This document shows positions 21,104 through 30,540 of a DNA stretch of 64,000 bases, piece after piece. This DNA comes from Thermoanaerobaculia bacterium (GTDB taxonomy: Bacteria > Acidobacteriota > Thermoanaerobaculia > Multivoradales > Multivoraceae): positions 96,001-160,000 of the forward strand of contig OY762911.1 in assembly GCA_963666565.1 (NCBI GenBank), in the 5' to 3' direction. Below the pieces are notes generated by a model, which made no database searches, had not been told where the DNA came from, and saw nothing but the letters and a program-made list of their open reading frames with translations. Made by a program: the position numbers and the translations under genes. Numbering within the stretch: position 1 is the first letter of the stretch; each line of letters begins with the position of its first letter.

Positions 21104-22531
21104 ATGCGCTACCCCCACTACCAGCCGCCACCCCTGACCCGCCGCCAGATGCTGAAGACCTGCGGCTGCGGCTTCGGCGGCCTCGCGCTCTCGTCCCTGC
21201 TGCAGCGCGACCTCCTGGCCGCGACATCCACGAACCCGCTGGCGCCCAGGGCGCCGCACTTCGCGCCGAAGGCCAAGCGCATCATCTTCCTGCACATGCA
21301 CGGCGGCCCGTCGCAGCACGACCTCTTCGAGTACAAGCCGCTGCTGATCCGCGACGACAACAAGCCGCTGCCCTTCGCCAAGCCCCGGGTGCAGTTCAAC
21401 GAGACCGGCAACCTGTTCAAGAGCCCCTGGGAGTTCAGGCAGCACGGCCAGTCGGGCGCCTGGGTGAGCGAACTGCTGCCCAACATCGCCTCCGTGGTCG
21501 ACGACCTCTGCTTCATCCGCTCGATGTGGGGCACGAACGCGGCCCACGGCGGCGCCATCCTGGCGATGAACACGGGCAGCGACCGCTTCGTGCGACCGTC
21601 GATGGGCTCGTGGATCGCCTACGGACTGGGCACCGAGAACGAGAACCTGCCCGGCTTCCTCACGATCTGCCCCTCCTACCAGCACGGCGGCGTCCAGAAC
21701 TACTCGTCGGCGTTCCTGCCCGCCGCCTACAACGGCACGGCAATCGGCACGACCCGGATGAAAACCGAGGACGCGACGATCGACTTCCTCGACAACGAGT
21801 CGGTGTCGCCGGAGGTCCAGCGGAGCGAACTCGACCTGCTGCAGCGCTGGCAGCGCCGCCAGCTCGAGGCGACCGGCCCCGACCAGGCGCTCGAGGGCCG
21901 CATCGAGTCCTTCGAGCTCGCCTTCCGGATGCAGACCGAGGCGCCCGAGCTGATGAGCATCGAAGGCGAGTCCGAAGCCACCCGGCGGCTCTACGGACTC
22001 GACGACCCGGTGGCCCGCAACTTCGGCCTCCGCTGTCTGCTGGCCCGGCGCTTCTCGGAGTCGGGCGTGCGCTTCGTGCAGGCGACCCACGGCCCGGACA
22101 CGAAGTGGGACCACCACTCGGGCCTGATCACCGGCCTGCCGCAGAGCTGCGCCGAGGTCGACCGGCCCGTAGCCGGCCTGATCAAGGACCTCAGGTCACG
22201 GGGACTGCTGGACGAGACCCTGGTGCTCTGGGGCGGCGAGTTCGGACGGACTCCCGGCGCCGAAGCCGGCGCCCGCAACGGCCGCGACCACAACCCCCAC
22301 GGCTACACGATGTTCATGGCCGGAGGCGGCGTGAAGCCCGGCCACAGCCACGGCCGCACCGACGACTACGGCTACTACGCGATCGAGGACAAGGTTCACA
22401 TCCACGACCTGCACGCCACGATCCTGCATCTGCTGGGCCTGGACCACGAGCGGTTGACCTACCGCTCGCAGGGGCGCGACTTCCGCCTGACCGACGTCGA
22501 GGGGATCGTCGTAGACGACATCATCGTCTGA
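21104..22531 (+). CDS. DUF1501 family Tat-exported protein
   Basis: TRRQML Tat motif, GGPSQ.D.F..KP, WDHH, GEFGRTP, GRDHNP. Confidence 0.95.
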   Translation: MRYPHYQPPPLTRRQMLKTCGCGFGGLALSSLLQRDLLAATSTNPLAPRAPHFAPKAKRIIFLHMHGGPSQHDLFEYKPLLIRDDNKPLPFAKPRVQFNETGNLFKSPWEFRQHGQSGAWVSELLPNIASVVDDLCFIRSMWGTNAAHGGAILAMNTGSDRFVRPSMGSWIAYGLGTENENLPGFLTICPSYQHGGVQNYSSAFLPAAYNGTAIGTTRMKTEDATIDFLDNESVSPEVQRSELDLLQRWQRRQLEATGPDQALEGRIESFELAFRMQTEAPELMSIEGESEATRRLYGLDDPVARNFGLRCLLARRFSESGVRFVQATHGPDTKWDHHSGLITGLPQSCAEVDRPVAGLIKDLRSRGLLDETLVLWGGEFGRTPGAEAGARNGRDHNPHGYTMFMAGGGVKPGHSHGRTDDYGYYAIEDKVHIHDLHATILHLLGLDHERLTYRSQGRDFRLTDVEGIVVDDIIV

Positions 22532-22535
22532 CCCC

Positions 22536-24176
22536 ATGACCATCGCGCCCGTCGATCTCTTCATCATCGTCGTCTACCTGCTGGGCATCCTGTTCGTCGG
22601 CCTGTGGTCGGTGCGCAAGATCGAGCGGCAGACCAGCGAGTCGTACTTCCTGGCGAGCCGCAACCTGAAGTGGCCCGTGGTGGGGGCCGCGCTCTTCGCC
22701 TCGAATATCTCGACGATTCACCTGGTCGGGCTCGCGGAGAGCGGATTCGGCGTCGGCATGGTCGTCGGCAACTACGAGTGGATGGCGTCGTTCACGATCA
22801 TCCTGCTCAGCCTCGTCTTCGTGCCGATCTACTTCAGGAGCCGGATCACGACGCTGCCCGAGTTCATGGAGCGGCGCTACAGCCCGGCCGCCCGGACCAC
22901 GCTGTCCTTCATGTTCATCATGTCGGCGATGCTGATCCACATCGGCATCAGCCTCTACGCCGGCGCCGCGGTGTTCGAGCGGTTCTTCGGCATCCCGTCG
23001 TTCATGTCGATCGCGATGATCTCGATCATCACGGTGATCTACACCGTGGTCGGGGGCCTGCGGGCGGTCGTCGTCACGGAGACGATCCAGACGGTCATCC
23101 TGCTGGGCGGCGCCATCCTGATCACGGTCATCGCGATGACCAGGCTGCCCGGCGTGGGGATCGACTCCTACGGCGATCTCCTCGAGGCGACGAAACCGAA
23201 CCAGCTCAGCATGATTCACCTCCCCGGGGAAGAGGGATTCGACCCCGGGTCGATCTGGTACGGCTTCCTGCTCGGCTTCCCCATCCTCGGCCTCTGGTAC
23301 TGGTGCACCGACCAGACGATCGTTCAACGGGTTCTGGGTGCCGGGACCCTGCGCGACGCGCAGCACGGCGCGCTGTTCGCCTCCCTGCTCAAGTTCCTGC
23401 CGCCGCTCTTCATGGTCCTGCCGGGCGTGTTCGCCTACGTGCTCTTCCGGGACCTCATCACCGAGCCGACGGACGCGCTGCCGACGCTGATCACCGAGCT
23501 GCTGCCGACCGGGCTCATCGGCATCATGGCGGCGGCGTTGCTCGCGGCCCTGATGAGCACGATCGCGGCCGCGGTGAACAGCACGGGGACGCTCGTCGCC
23601 GTCGACATCGCGAAGCACTTTCGGCCCGGCCTGTCGGAAACGTCGCAGGTGCGCATCGGGCGCGTCAGCTCGGTCGTCGTCATGAGCGTCGCGATCGCCT
23701 GGTCCACCCAGGGCGAGCGGTTCGGCTCCATCTTCGAGGCGATCAACAAGCTGCCGGCGCAGTTCATCGCGCCTCCCATCGCGACGGTGCTGCTCTGGGG
23801 CGTCTTCTGGCGGCGCGGAACACGTCAAGCCGGCACGTTCACCCTGCTCTTCGGCTTCGTCGCCGGCTTCATCATCTTCCTGTTCGACATGGGCTTCGGA
23901 TTCCTCGGCGGCGTCCAGTACGTCTCCGATCCCGTGAACGGCCTGGGGATCCCCTTCCTGCTGCAGGCGTGGTGGTACTTCTGCATCCTGAGCGTCATCT
24001 ACGTAGCCATCAGCCTCGCGACCCCGGCTCCGAAGCCCGAGCAGATCGACGGCCTGACCTGGGACAAGCCGTACGCGTTCCTGGCCCGGTCCGAGATCCC
24101 GGGCATCCGCGACCCGCGGCTGCTGGCGGCGTTGCTGGCCGCGGCTCTGGTGGTGATGTACGTCCTGGTTCGGTAG
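22536..24176 (+). CDS. Sodium:solute symporter (SLC5, sugar-like)
   Basis: YFLA.R, ASNIS..H.VGLA, GGLRAV, WYWCTDQ.IVQR. Confidence 0.95.
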   Translation: MTIAPVDLFIIVVYLLGILFVGLWSVRKIERQTSESYFLASRNLKWPVVGAALFASNISTIHLVGLAESGFGVGMVVGNYEWMASFTIILLSLVFVPIYFRSRITTLPEFMERRYSPAARTTLSFMFIMSAMLIHIGISLYAGAAVFERFFGIPSFMSIAMISIITVIYTVVGGLRAVVVTETIQTVILLGGAILITVIAMTRLPGVGIDSYGDLLEATKPNQLSMIHLPGEEGFDPGSIWYGFLLGFPILGLWYWCTDQTIVQRVLGAGTLRDAQHGALFASLLKFLPPLFMVLPGVFAYVLFRDLITEPTDALPTLITELLPTGLIGIMAAALLAALMSTIAAAVNSTGTLVAVDIAKHFRPGLSETSQVRIGRVSSVVVMSVAIAWSTQGERFGSIFEAINKLPAQFIAPPIATVLLWGVFWRRGTRQAGTFTLLFGFVAGFIIFLFDMGFGFLGGVQYVSDPVNGLGIPFLLQAWWYFCILSVIYVAISLATPAPKPEQIDGLTWDKPYAFLARSEIPGIRDPRLLAALLAAALVVMYVLVR

Positions 24177-24190
24177 GGCCAGAGGACGCC

Positions 24191-25594
24191 GTGCCATTCC
24201 CCATCGCTCGACGCGACTTGCTCAAGGCGTCTCTCGTCGGGTTCGGCGCCTGCCTCGGCCTGCCGACCTGGGCCGCTCAAACGGCCGGCGATCGAGACCG
24301 CTTCGGTGGCTGGACCGGGCTGAAGTTCGACGCCACCGGCTTCTTTCGCACCGAGCACGACGGCCGGCGATGGTGGCTGGTCACTCCCGAGGGCCACGCG
24401 TTCATCAGTTGGGGCGTCAACCACTACCACGCGAACTGGTGGGCGCAGGACTACAACCGGGATCACTGGCTGCGGCGGTTCGGTGCGGAGGAGGTGTATG
24501 ACCGGGCCTGGAACCGCGGGTTCCGCGAGGCCGCCCTGGCCGACTTGCGAAGGCTGGGTCTCAACACGCTGGGCATCCACACGAACGCAACGATGCTCAC
24601 CCACCCGCCGGGCCGGGCCCGCTTTCCCTTCGTCGCGCCCTATGAGCCGCTGGTGTTGTCGCACTACCTCAAGCCCCAACCCGACGCCTACGCGGACATC
24701 TTTGCTCCCGAGTTCGAAGAGCAGTGCGAGCGCACGGCCCGGCGAGTCGCCGCGCCCTACCGCGACGATCCCATGGTGCTGGGCTACTGCATGGCCGACT
24801 GCCCTCCCCTGACCGACAACGAGGCGGAATGGAACGGCAGCACGACGTGGCCGCGCCGGCTGCGCAACTTCGCCGCCAAGGCGCCCGGCAAGCAGGCGTA
24901 CGTCGCGTTCATGCGCGAGCGGTACGGGGACGTGTCCGGGTTCAACGCGACCTACGGCGCCCGCTTCGGCACGTGGCAGGACCTGCTCGAGGCGACGGAC
25001 TGGCGCCCCGATCAAGCCCCCCAGAATCAGTCGGAGCGCCGTGACAATGCGGCCTTCCTGCTGCTCTGCGTCGAGCGCTACTACTCAGTTGCCAGAGCCG
25101 CCCTCCGCCGCGCCGACCCGAACCATCTCTTCCTGGGCGACAAGATCAACGGCGACACGGACGGGCTTTTCTCCATCGGGGCCGTGACCAGTCGGTACAC
25201 CGACCTCGTGAACACCCAGCACTACGCCCGCTGGGAGGGTCAGCGCGACACGATGGACCGGCTGACCGAGGTCGTTGGGCAACCCTTCCTCAACGGCGAC
25301 GCCGCCTACACGACGCCAACCGAGACGATGCCCAATCCTCATGGACAGCACGCGCGCGACATGGCGGAGCGCGCTCTCTGGACGCGTGAGTTCATGGAGA
25401 ACGCGACCGCCCGCCCCGACTTCGTCGGCTGGCACATGTGCGGGATCATCGACACCGCGAACACGATGCCCGGCAAGGAGCAGGCCCAGCACCAGGGCCT
25501 GATGACCGTCAGCGGCGAGTTCTACCCGGAGATGGAGGAGACGGTCCGCGACATCTCCGACCGCCTCTACGCCATCGCCGCCGGAGAGGCGTGA
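24191..25594 (+). CDS. Tat-exported GH50/agarase-like TIM-barrel protein
   Basis: RRDLLK; DRFGGW....ATGFFR....RWWLVTPEG; DPNHLFLG; FVGWH; AGGA before GTG. Confidence 0.7.
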   Translation: MPFPIARRDLLKASLVGFGACLGLPTWAAQTAGDRDRFGGWTGLKFDATGFFRTEHDGRRWWLVTPEGHAFISWGVNHYHANWWAQDYNRDHWLRRFGAEEVYDRAWNRGFREAALADLRRLGLNTLGIHTNATMLTHPPGRARFPFVAPYEPLVLSHYLKPQPDAYADIFAPEFEEQCERTARRVAAPYRDDPMVLGYCMADCPPLTDNEAEWNGSTTWPRRLRNFAAKAPGKQAYVAFMRERYGDVSGFNATYGARFGTWQDLLEATDWRPDQAPQNQSERRDNAAFLLLCVERYYSVARAALRRADPNHLFLGDKINGDTDGLFSIGAVTSRYTDLVNTQHYARWEGQRDTMDRLTEVVGQPFLNGDAAYTTPTETMPNPHGQHARDMAERALWTREFMENATARPDFVGWHMCGIIDTANTMPGKEQAQHQGLMTVSGEFYPEMEETVRDISDRLYAIAAGEA

Positions 25595-25637
25595 GCCGGG
25601 CAACGTAGAAGGTCCAGAGGCCGGCGCTTCGCGCCGG

Positions 25638-25733
25638 ATGCCGGCGGGAACCCGTGTGGCGCGATCCGCGACACACGCGTCACAGTCCGTGCGCCCGTCA
25701 TCGGGCGCACGGATGACACGCCGGCGCACCCAG
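25638..25733 (-). repeat. REP-like element with loop expanded into two inner hairpins
   Basis: CTGGGTGC-GCCGGCG-[about 70 nt]-CGCCGGC-AT, between convergent genes. Confidence 0.6.
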
Positions 25734-25735
25734 TC

Positions 25736-26950
25736 TCAGCCGAGCGCCTGGAACGCCTTCTCCGTTCCGGCCAGCGCCTGCTCGATGTCGGATTCCGTGT
25801 GCGCCACCGACAGGAACATGTTGTGCCAGGGGTGGAGGTAGACCCCGTGGTCGAGAGCGGAACTGCAGAAGGCGAACCCCTTCTCCCGCTTGTCGTCGTC
25901 CTCGAACAGCACGGTCGGCATCTGCGGCGGTCTGGTCTGACGGATCGGGTGACCGTAGCGGCGCGCCTGCTCCTCCAGGCCGTGCCGGAACTGTTGCCCC
26001 AGACGTTCCACGACGGCCGGCGCGTCGACTTCGGCCAGAAGGTCGAGCGTCTCGAGCGCCGCAGCGAAGGGAGCGGCCTGGTACCAGAACGAGCCGGTGA
26101 CGAAGACGCGCGTCGCAGCCTCGCGGTACGCCTCGTTGCCGAGGATGGCGGCCACGGGTTCGCCGTTGCCGATCGCCTTGCCCCAGGCCGACAGGTCCGG
26201 CTGGACGCCGAGCTCGGACCAGCTCGCGTCGAGCGACAGGCGCAGCCCGGCCCGCACGTCGTCCAGGATGAGGGCCGCGCCCTCGGCGTCGCAGATCTCG
26301 CGGACGCGGCGCGCGAAGGCGAGGTCGGGCAGCTCCTGATCGTGGCCGGCGTCGTGCCGGAAGGCGGAGACGACGATGCCCGCGAGGTCGCCGGCCGCCG
26401 CCTGGGCGGCCGCGTCGAGGCTGCCCGTGTCGTTGTAGCGGTAGGTCGGGAAGTGGACGTGATCCTCCGCGGGCGTGCCCCTCGACATCCGGTTGGCCCA
26501 CGGCGCGGCGCCGTGGTAGGCGCCCTCGGCCACGAGGATCTTCCGCTTCTCGCTCCGCGCGCGGGCCACCATGTTGCAGACGGTCGTGGCGTCATTGCCG
26601 TTCTTCGCGAAGATGGCCCACTCGGCGTGGCCGACCTGACGCACGAAACGCTCGGCCAGGTCGACGATGAGCGCCGAGGGACCGTTCGCGATGTCGAGCC
26701 GGTCGCGCTGAGCGTCCGCGGCGGCCCGAATGCGGGGATTGCCGTAGCCGGCGATCATCGGACCGAACGAGCACATGAAGTCGATGTACTCGTTGCCGTC
26801 GGCGTCCCACAGCCGGCAACCCTCCGCCCGCTCGAAGTACTGCGGATAGCGCGGCGGCAGGAGGCGGTACGTGGACATGTGCCCGTACATGCCGCCGGGA
26901 ATGACCCGCTCGCCCCGGGACTTGAGCGCCTGGTTCTTCGCCAATCTCAT
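25736..26950 (-). CDS. Class III PLP aminotransferase (GSA-aminomutase-like)
   Basis: LWDADGNEYIDF, AYHG, DDVRAG, WGKAIGNG (PLP Lys). Confidence 0.88.
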   Translation of the reverse strand: MRLAKNQALKSRGERVIPGGMYGHMSTYRLLPPRYPQYFERAEGCRLWDADGNEYIDFMCSFGPMIAGYGNPRIRAAADAQRDRLDIANGPSALIVDLAERFVRQVGHAEWAIFAKNGNDATTVCNMVARARSEKRKILVAEGAYHGAAPWANRMSRGTPAEDHVHFPTYRYNDTGSLDAAAQAAAGDLAGIVVSAFRHDAGHDQELPDLAFARRVREICDAEGAALILDDVRAGLRLSLDASWSELGVQPDLSAWGKAIGNGEPVAAILGNEAYREAATRVFVTGSFWYQAAPFAAALETLDLLAEVDAPAVVERLGQQFRHGLEEQARRYGHPIRQTRPPQMPTVLFEDDDKREKGFAFCSSALDHGVYLHPWHNMFLSVAHTESDIEQALAGTEKAFQALG

Positions 26951-27060
26951 GCGTCGTTGCTCGCCCTGCCCAGCGGCGGTCACGGGAACGACCTCAGCCT
27001 CCACGCGGCCAAGACCGATCGGTCCTGGCCAGCCACTCGACACGCCGGAACGGCGGCGCC

Positions 27061-27591
27061 TCAACCCGCCTTCTTCACCTCGAAGGGCACGGCGAGCTGC
27101 GCCCACTGCAGCGCGACCCACGAATCCACGATCACGAACTCCATCTCCTCCACGTGGCCGATTGTCTTCGGGGTGGCGGGCACGCGCAGCGCGTCCTGGC
27201 CGGCGTCGTGCCGGAAGGAGCCCCACTGCTGCGCGACCTTGTTGAAGATGACGGTCCACTCGTTCTCGCCCGGCTCGGTGAAGAGAGCGTAGGTGCCGGC
27301 GGCCAGGGTCTCGCCGCCGATCTCGACGTCGGCGCTGAAGGTGATGGTCGTGGCCTCGTCGGCGCCGGTCCGCCAGACCTTGCCGTAGGGAACCAGGCCG
27401 CCCCAGATGGTCCGGCCCTTCACCTTCGGGCGTCCGTACTCCAGCGTCACGGTGACGCCGTCGATCGTCCCTTCGACCTTGCCGTTCTTGCTCGCGCGGG
27501 CGGAGTCGTCGCCGCGCTGCGCCAGGGCGGGAAGGGCCGTCATCAGGAGGGCCGCGAAGATCAGGGGAATGGTCGCTCGGAACTTGTGCAT
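27061..27591 (-). CDS. DUF2911 family secreted protein
   Basis: Y.RP..KGR.I.G.LVPYG.VWRTGA.EAT, AG.Y.LF; GGAGG RBS. Confidence 0.9.
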   Translation of the reverse strand: MHKFRATIPLIFAALLMTALPALAQRGDDSARASKNGKVEGTIDGVTVTLEYGRPKVKGRTIWGGLVPYGKVWRTGADEATTITFSADVEIGGETLAAGTYALFTEPGENEWTVIFNKVAQQWGSFRHDAGQDALRVPATPKTIGHVEEMEFVIVDSWVALQWAQLAVPFEVKKAG

Positions 27592-27745
27592 GTCGTCCTC
27601 CAGCTTGAACAGGGTTGATGCGGCTTCCGCGCCGCCCGCGTCCGGCCTCTGCGTGCCGACGCCACCCGTAGGATAGACGGAAACCCGCCGTCCGCGACGA
27701 AAATCCGTACAGCCGAACCACTCTGGAGCATCCTGGAGCCACCGC

Positions 27746-29188
27746 ATGGCAAACCCCCTCCGCCGATTCCTGCCCTTGCTGCCCGTCGCGGTCCTCGCCT
27801 GCCAGCCCGCGGCCGACGATCCGCCGCTCAACGTCGTGCTGCTCATGGCCGACGACATGGGCTGGGCCCAGACCGGCTACAACGGCCATCCCCTGCTCCG
27901 GACGCCGCATCTCGACGCGATGGCCGGCGCCGGGCTGCGCATGGACCGGTTCTACGCCGGCGCGCCGAGCTGCACCCCGACCCGGGCGACGGTCATCACC
28001 GGCCGCACGAACGACCGCACCGGCGCCTTCCGCGTCGGCGACTCGATCAACAAGCAGGAGAAGACGCTCGCCGAGGCGTTCCGGCAGGCCGGGTACGCCA
28101 CCGCGCACTTCGGCAAGTGGCACCTGAACCAGGTCCACCCGAGCGGCGACAACCCGCTCCCCGCGGACGATCCCCACAAGCCCGGCGAGCTGGGCTTCGA
28201 CTACTGGCTGAGCCACACGAACCAGTTCAACCTGGACCCCGTCTTCAGTCAGAACGGAGTGCCGCAGCAGTTCGAGGGCGACTCGTCGGAAGTCCTGGTC
28301 GCGGAAGCGCTCCGCTACATCTCGCAGCAGCGGGAAAGCGGGAAGCCCGTGTTCGCGGTGATCTGGTACGCCTCTCCGCACCGGCCGTTCGCCGCCCTGC
28401 CGGAAGACGAGGCGCCCTTCGCCTCGCTGGACGACGCCTCGCGGACGCACCACGCCGAAATCGTGGCCATGGACCGCTCCATCGGCGCCCTCCGCGAGGG
28501 CCTGCGCGAACTCGGCATCGCCGACGACACCCTGGTCTGGTTCACCAGCGACAACGGCGGCCTGCCCGACATCGACTACGGCCCGGAGCATCCCGGCATT
28601 CGCCCGGACACCACCGGCCACCTGCGCGGCTTCAAGAAGGACTTCTACGAGGGCGGCCTCCGCGTGCCGACGATCGTCGAATGGCCAGGCGGCATCGTGC
28701 CGAGGATCACGAATTTCCCCGCCAGCACGATGGACATCTTCCCGACCCTGATCGAGGTCGCCGGGCTCGACCCGTCGTCGATCAACGAGGTCCACGACGG
28801 CATCTCCATCGCCGGCGTGTTCGAGTCCGAATCCGCCCGCCGGGAGCAGCCCATCGGCTTCCGCGCCAGCGGCGGTCTCGCCTGGCTCGACAACGACGTC
28901 AAACTGGTGCGGAACTACACGGCCGAGTCATCGGAGGACTTCGAGCTCTACAACGTGATCGACGATCCCGCGGAAGAGAACAACCTGATCGAGGAGCAGC
29001 CCGAGGTCGCCGCCCGGATGCGTGCCGAACTGGATGCCTGGAGCTGGTCGGTCGACGCGAGCGTCACCGGCGCCGACTACCCGGAGGGACGGGTGCTGCC
29101 TTCGGGGCGGACAGAGGCGCGGAGCCACTCGTCCAGCGCGTCTCGGTCCAGCGTCCCTGCTTCAAGTCCTCGGATCATGAACTCGTAG
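27746..29188 (+). CDS. Formylglycine-dependent sulfatase, lipoprotein
   Basis: VLAC lipobox, MADDMG, CTPTR, GKWHL, SDNG; tail overlaps convergent doc. Confidence 0.92.
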   Translation: MANPLRRFLPLLPVAVLACQPAADDPPLNVVLLMADDMGWAQTGYNGHPLLRTPHLDAMAGAGLRMDRFYAGAPSCTPTRATVITGRTNDRTGAFRVGDSINKQEKTLAEAFRQAGYATAHFGKWHLNQVHPSGDNPLPADDPHKPGELGFDYWLSHTNQFNLDPVFSQNGVPQQFEGDSSEVLVAEALRYISQQRESGKPVFAVIWYASPHRPFAALPEDEAPFASLDDASRTHHAEIVAMDRSIGALREGLRELGIADDTLVWFTSDNGGLPDIDYGPEHPGIRPDTTGHLRGFKKDFYEGGLRVPTIVEWPGGIVPRITNFPASTMDIFPTLIEVAGLDPSSINEVHDGISIAGVFESESARREQPIGFRASGGLAWLDNDVKLVRNYTAESSEDFELYNVIDDPAEENNLIEEQPEVAARMRAELDAWSWSVDASVTGADYPEGRVLPSGRTEARSHSSSASRSSVPASSPRIMNS

Positions 29189-29478
29189 GCCTCCCGAGTT
29201 TCGAGCTCCAGTTTCCAGCCGTTCATCCGCAGGAAGACGTCGGCCGCGAACAAGGCGATGCGCTTGTTGCCGTCAACGAAGGCATGGTTCATCAGTAACG
29301 ACTCGAACAGCGCGGCGGCCATCTCCACTACGTCGTCGTAGTAGCCAGACCTGGGGCGGAAGAGCGCACTCTCCGCCAGCCCCAGGTCGCGCACGCCGGC
29401 TGAGCCGCCGAAGCGCTCGATCAGCCGCTCGTGCAGCTCCAACAGTTCGTCGAGCGTGAGGAACTGGACTCGGTCCAC
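29077..29478 (-). CDS. doc: Doc/Fic-family toxin
   Basis: GVRD.GL.ESA..RP, HAFVDGNKR. Confidence 0.92.
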   Translation of the reverse strand: MDRVQFLTLDELLELHERLIERFGGSAGVRDLGLAESALFRPRSGYYDDVVEMAAALFESLLMNHAFVDGNKRIALFAADVFLRMNGWKLELETREAYEFMIRGLEAGTLDRDALDEWLRASVRPEGSTRPSG

Positions 29479-29498
29479 GGATCAGCCACAAGACCGGG

Positions 29499-29711
29499 TT
29501 ACTGCGCGAGGAGCTTCCCCAACTCCTCGTTCTCGCGCATCGAGTCCTCCAGATGCCGCAGTACCTCCGGCCTCACCCGGCGCCGCGCCAGATACTCCTC
29601 GACCGCCTCGGAGAGCAGGCCCGAGACGTTCCGCTTCGTCTCCCTTGCCAAGTCACGAAGCTCGTTCCAGGCTGCCTCGTCCACCTTCGAGCTGATCTTG
29701 ATCGCCGTCAT
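29499..29711 (-). CDS. RHH/CopG antitoxin partner of Doc
   Basis: KISSKVD...W..L...A......S.LL.EAV..YL, ending LG.LLA. Confidence 0.8.
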   Translation of the reverse strand: MTAIKISSKVDEAAWNELRDLARETKRNVSGLLSEAVEEYLARRRVRPEVLRHLEDSMRENEELGKLLAQ

Positions 29712-29744
29712 TGGTACTCCCCGGCCCCTCTACCCGCCAAAGCC

Positions 29745-29761
29745 TGACGCGCGTCATGATA
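29745..29761 (-). promoter_or_regulatory. Candidate operator and -10 box for the RHH-doc module
   Basis: Perfect palindrome TGACGCGCGTCA (29745-29756) abutting TATCAT on the minus strand. Confidence 0.45.
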
Positions 29762-29889
29762 CGTCGGGCTCGTCTCCATGAGAAGCACGTCGGCTGCCCA
29801 AGTCCTCGGATCGCCCCCTCCACGCCACCTCAACGTTCCCAGCGGCACAGGACATCGCCGGCATGTTGCCGCAGCTTCCTCTGCCGAGG

Positions 29890-30339
29890 CTACTCGCGAT
29901 CCGCAACGAACTCCGCCTCCCGGCTCTGCAACCACCGCTCTACCCGTACCGAGACCTCGTCCACCTGCCCCTTCGGCCGCAGCGCGCACTCCCAGATGAC
30001 GCCGACGCGCCAGTCCGCCTGCAGCAGCTTCCTCCGGTGCTCGCGGTCGCGGCGGACGTTGGCCGCGAACTTCCGTTCCCAGTACTCCCGGTTGGTCACC
30101 GGCGTCGTTGCGCGGGGGCAGTCCTCGTGGCGATGCCAGAAGCAGCCATGCACGAAGCAAACGGCCCGGAAACGCGGAAACACGAGGTCCGGCCGGCCGG
30201 GAAGCGCGGAATCGTGGAGCTTGTAGCGCAGGCCGCGAGCGTGGAGCGCGCGGCGCAAGATCATCTCCGGCCCGGTGTTCCGGCTCCGTACTCTCGCCAT
30301 GATGCGCGAACGGGTCGCGCTGTCGACCGTGTCCGGCAC
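29890..30339 (-). CDS. vsr: Very-short-patch repair endonuclease
   Basis: RS.IM..V..RNT.PE, LPGRPD, FVHGCFWH.H, N..RD, WEC. Confidence 0.95.
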   Translation of the reverse strand: MPDTVDSATRSRIMARVRSRNTGPEMILRRALHARGLRYKLHDSALPGRPDLVFPRFRAVCFVHGCFWHRHEDCPRATTPVTNREYWERKFAANVRRDREHRRKLLQADWRVGVIWECALRPKGQVDEVSVRVERWLQSREAEFVADRE

Positions 30340-30540
30340 GCTCTCCCTGGCTCCGGCCGAGCCTTGGATGTTCGGGGGGAGCGCCAAGGCTAGCGCATCG
30401 CCGGTTGAAGCCCGCACGACGAGCAGTCGGGCGGGCGGCCACCCGGCCCGGGCGCGGAAGCGGCCTTCTGTATAGTGGCGGCTGCAACCCACCCGGCCGG
30501 TTCTCCGACGATCCGGTCCGCTGCCAGGAGCCCGCCAAGC

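Noticed and set aside
25736-26950. Calling the aminotransferase hemL
   Set aside because: It has DDVRAG and other departures from HemL motifs and no tetrapyrrole gene context; left as class III.
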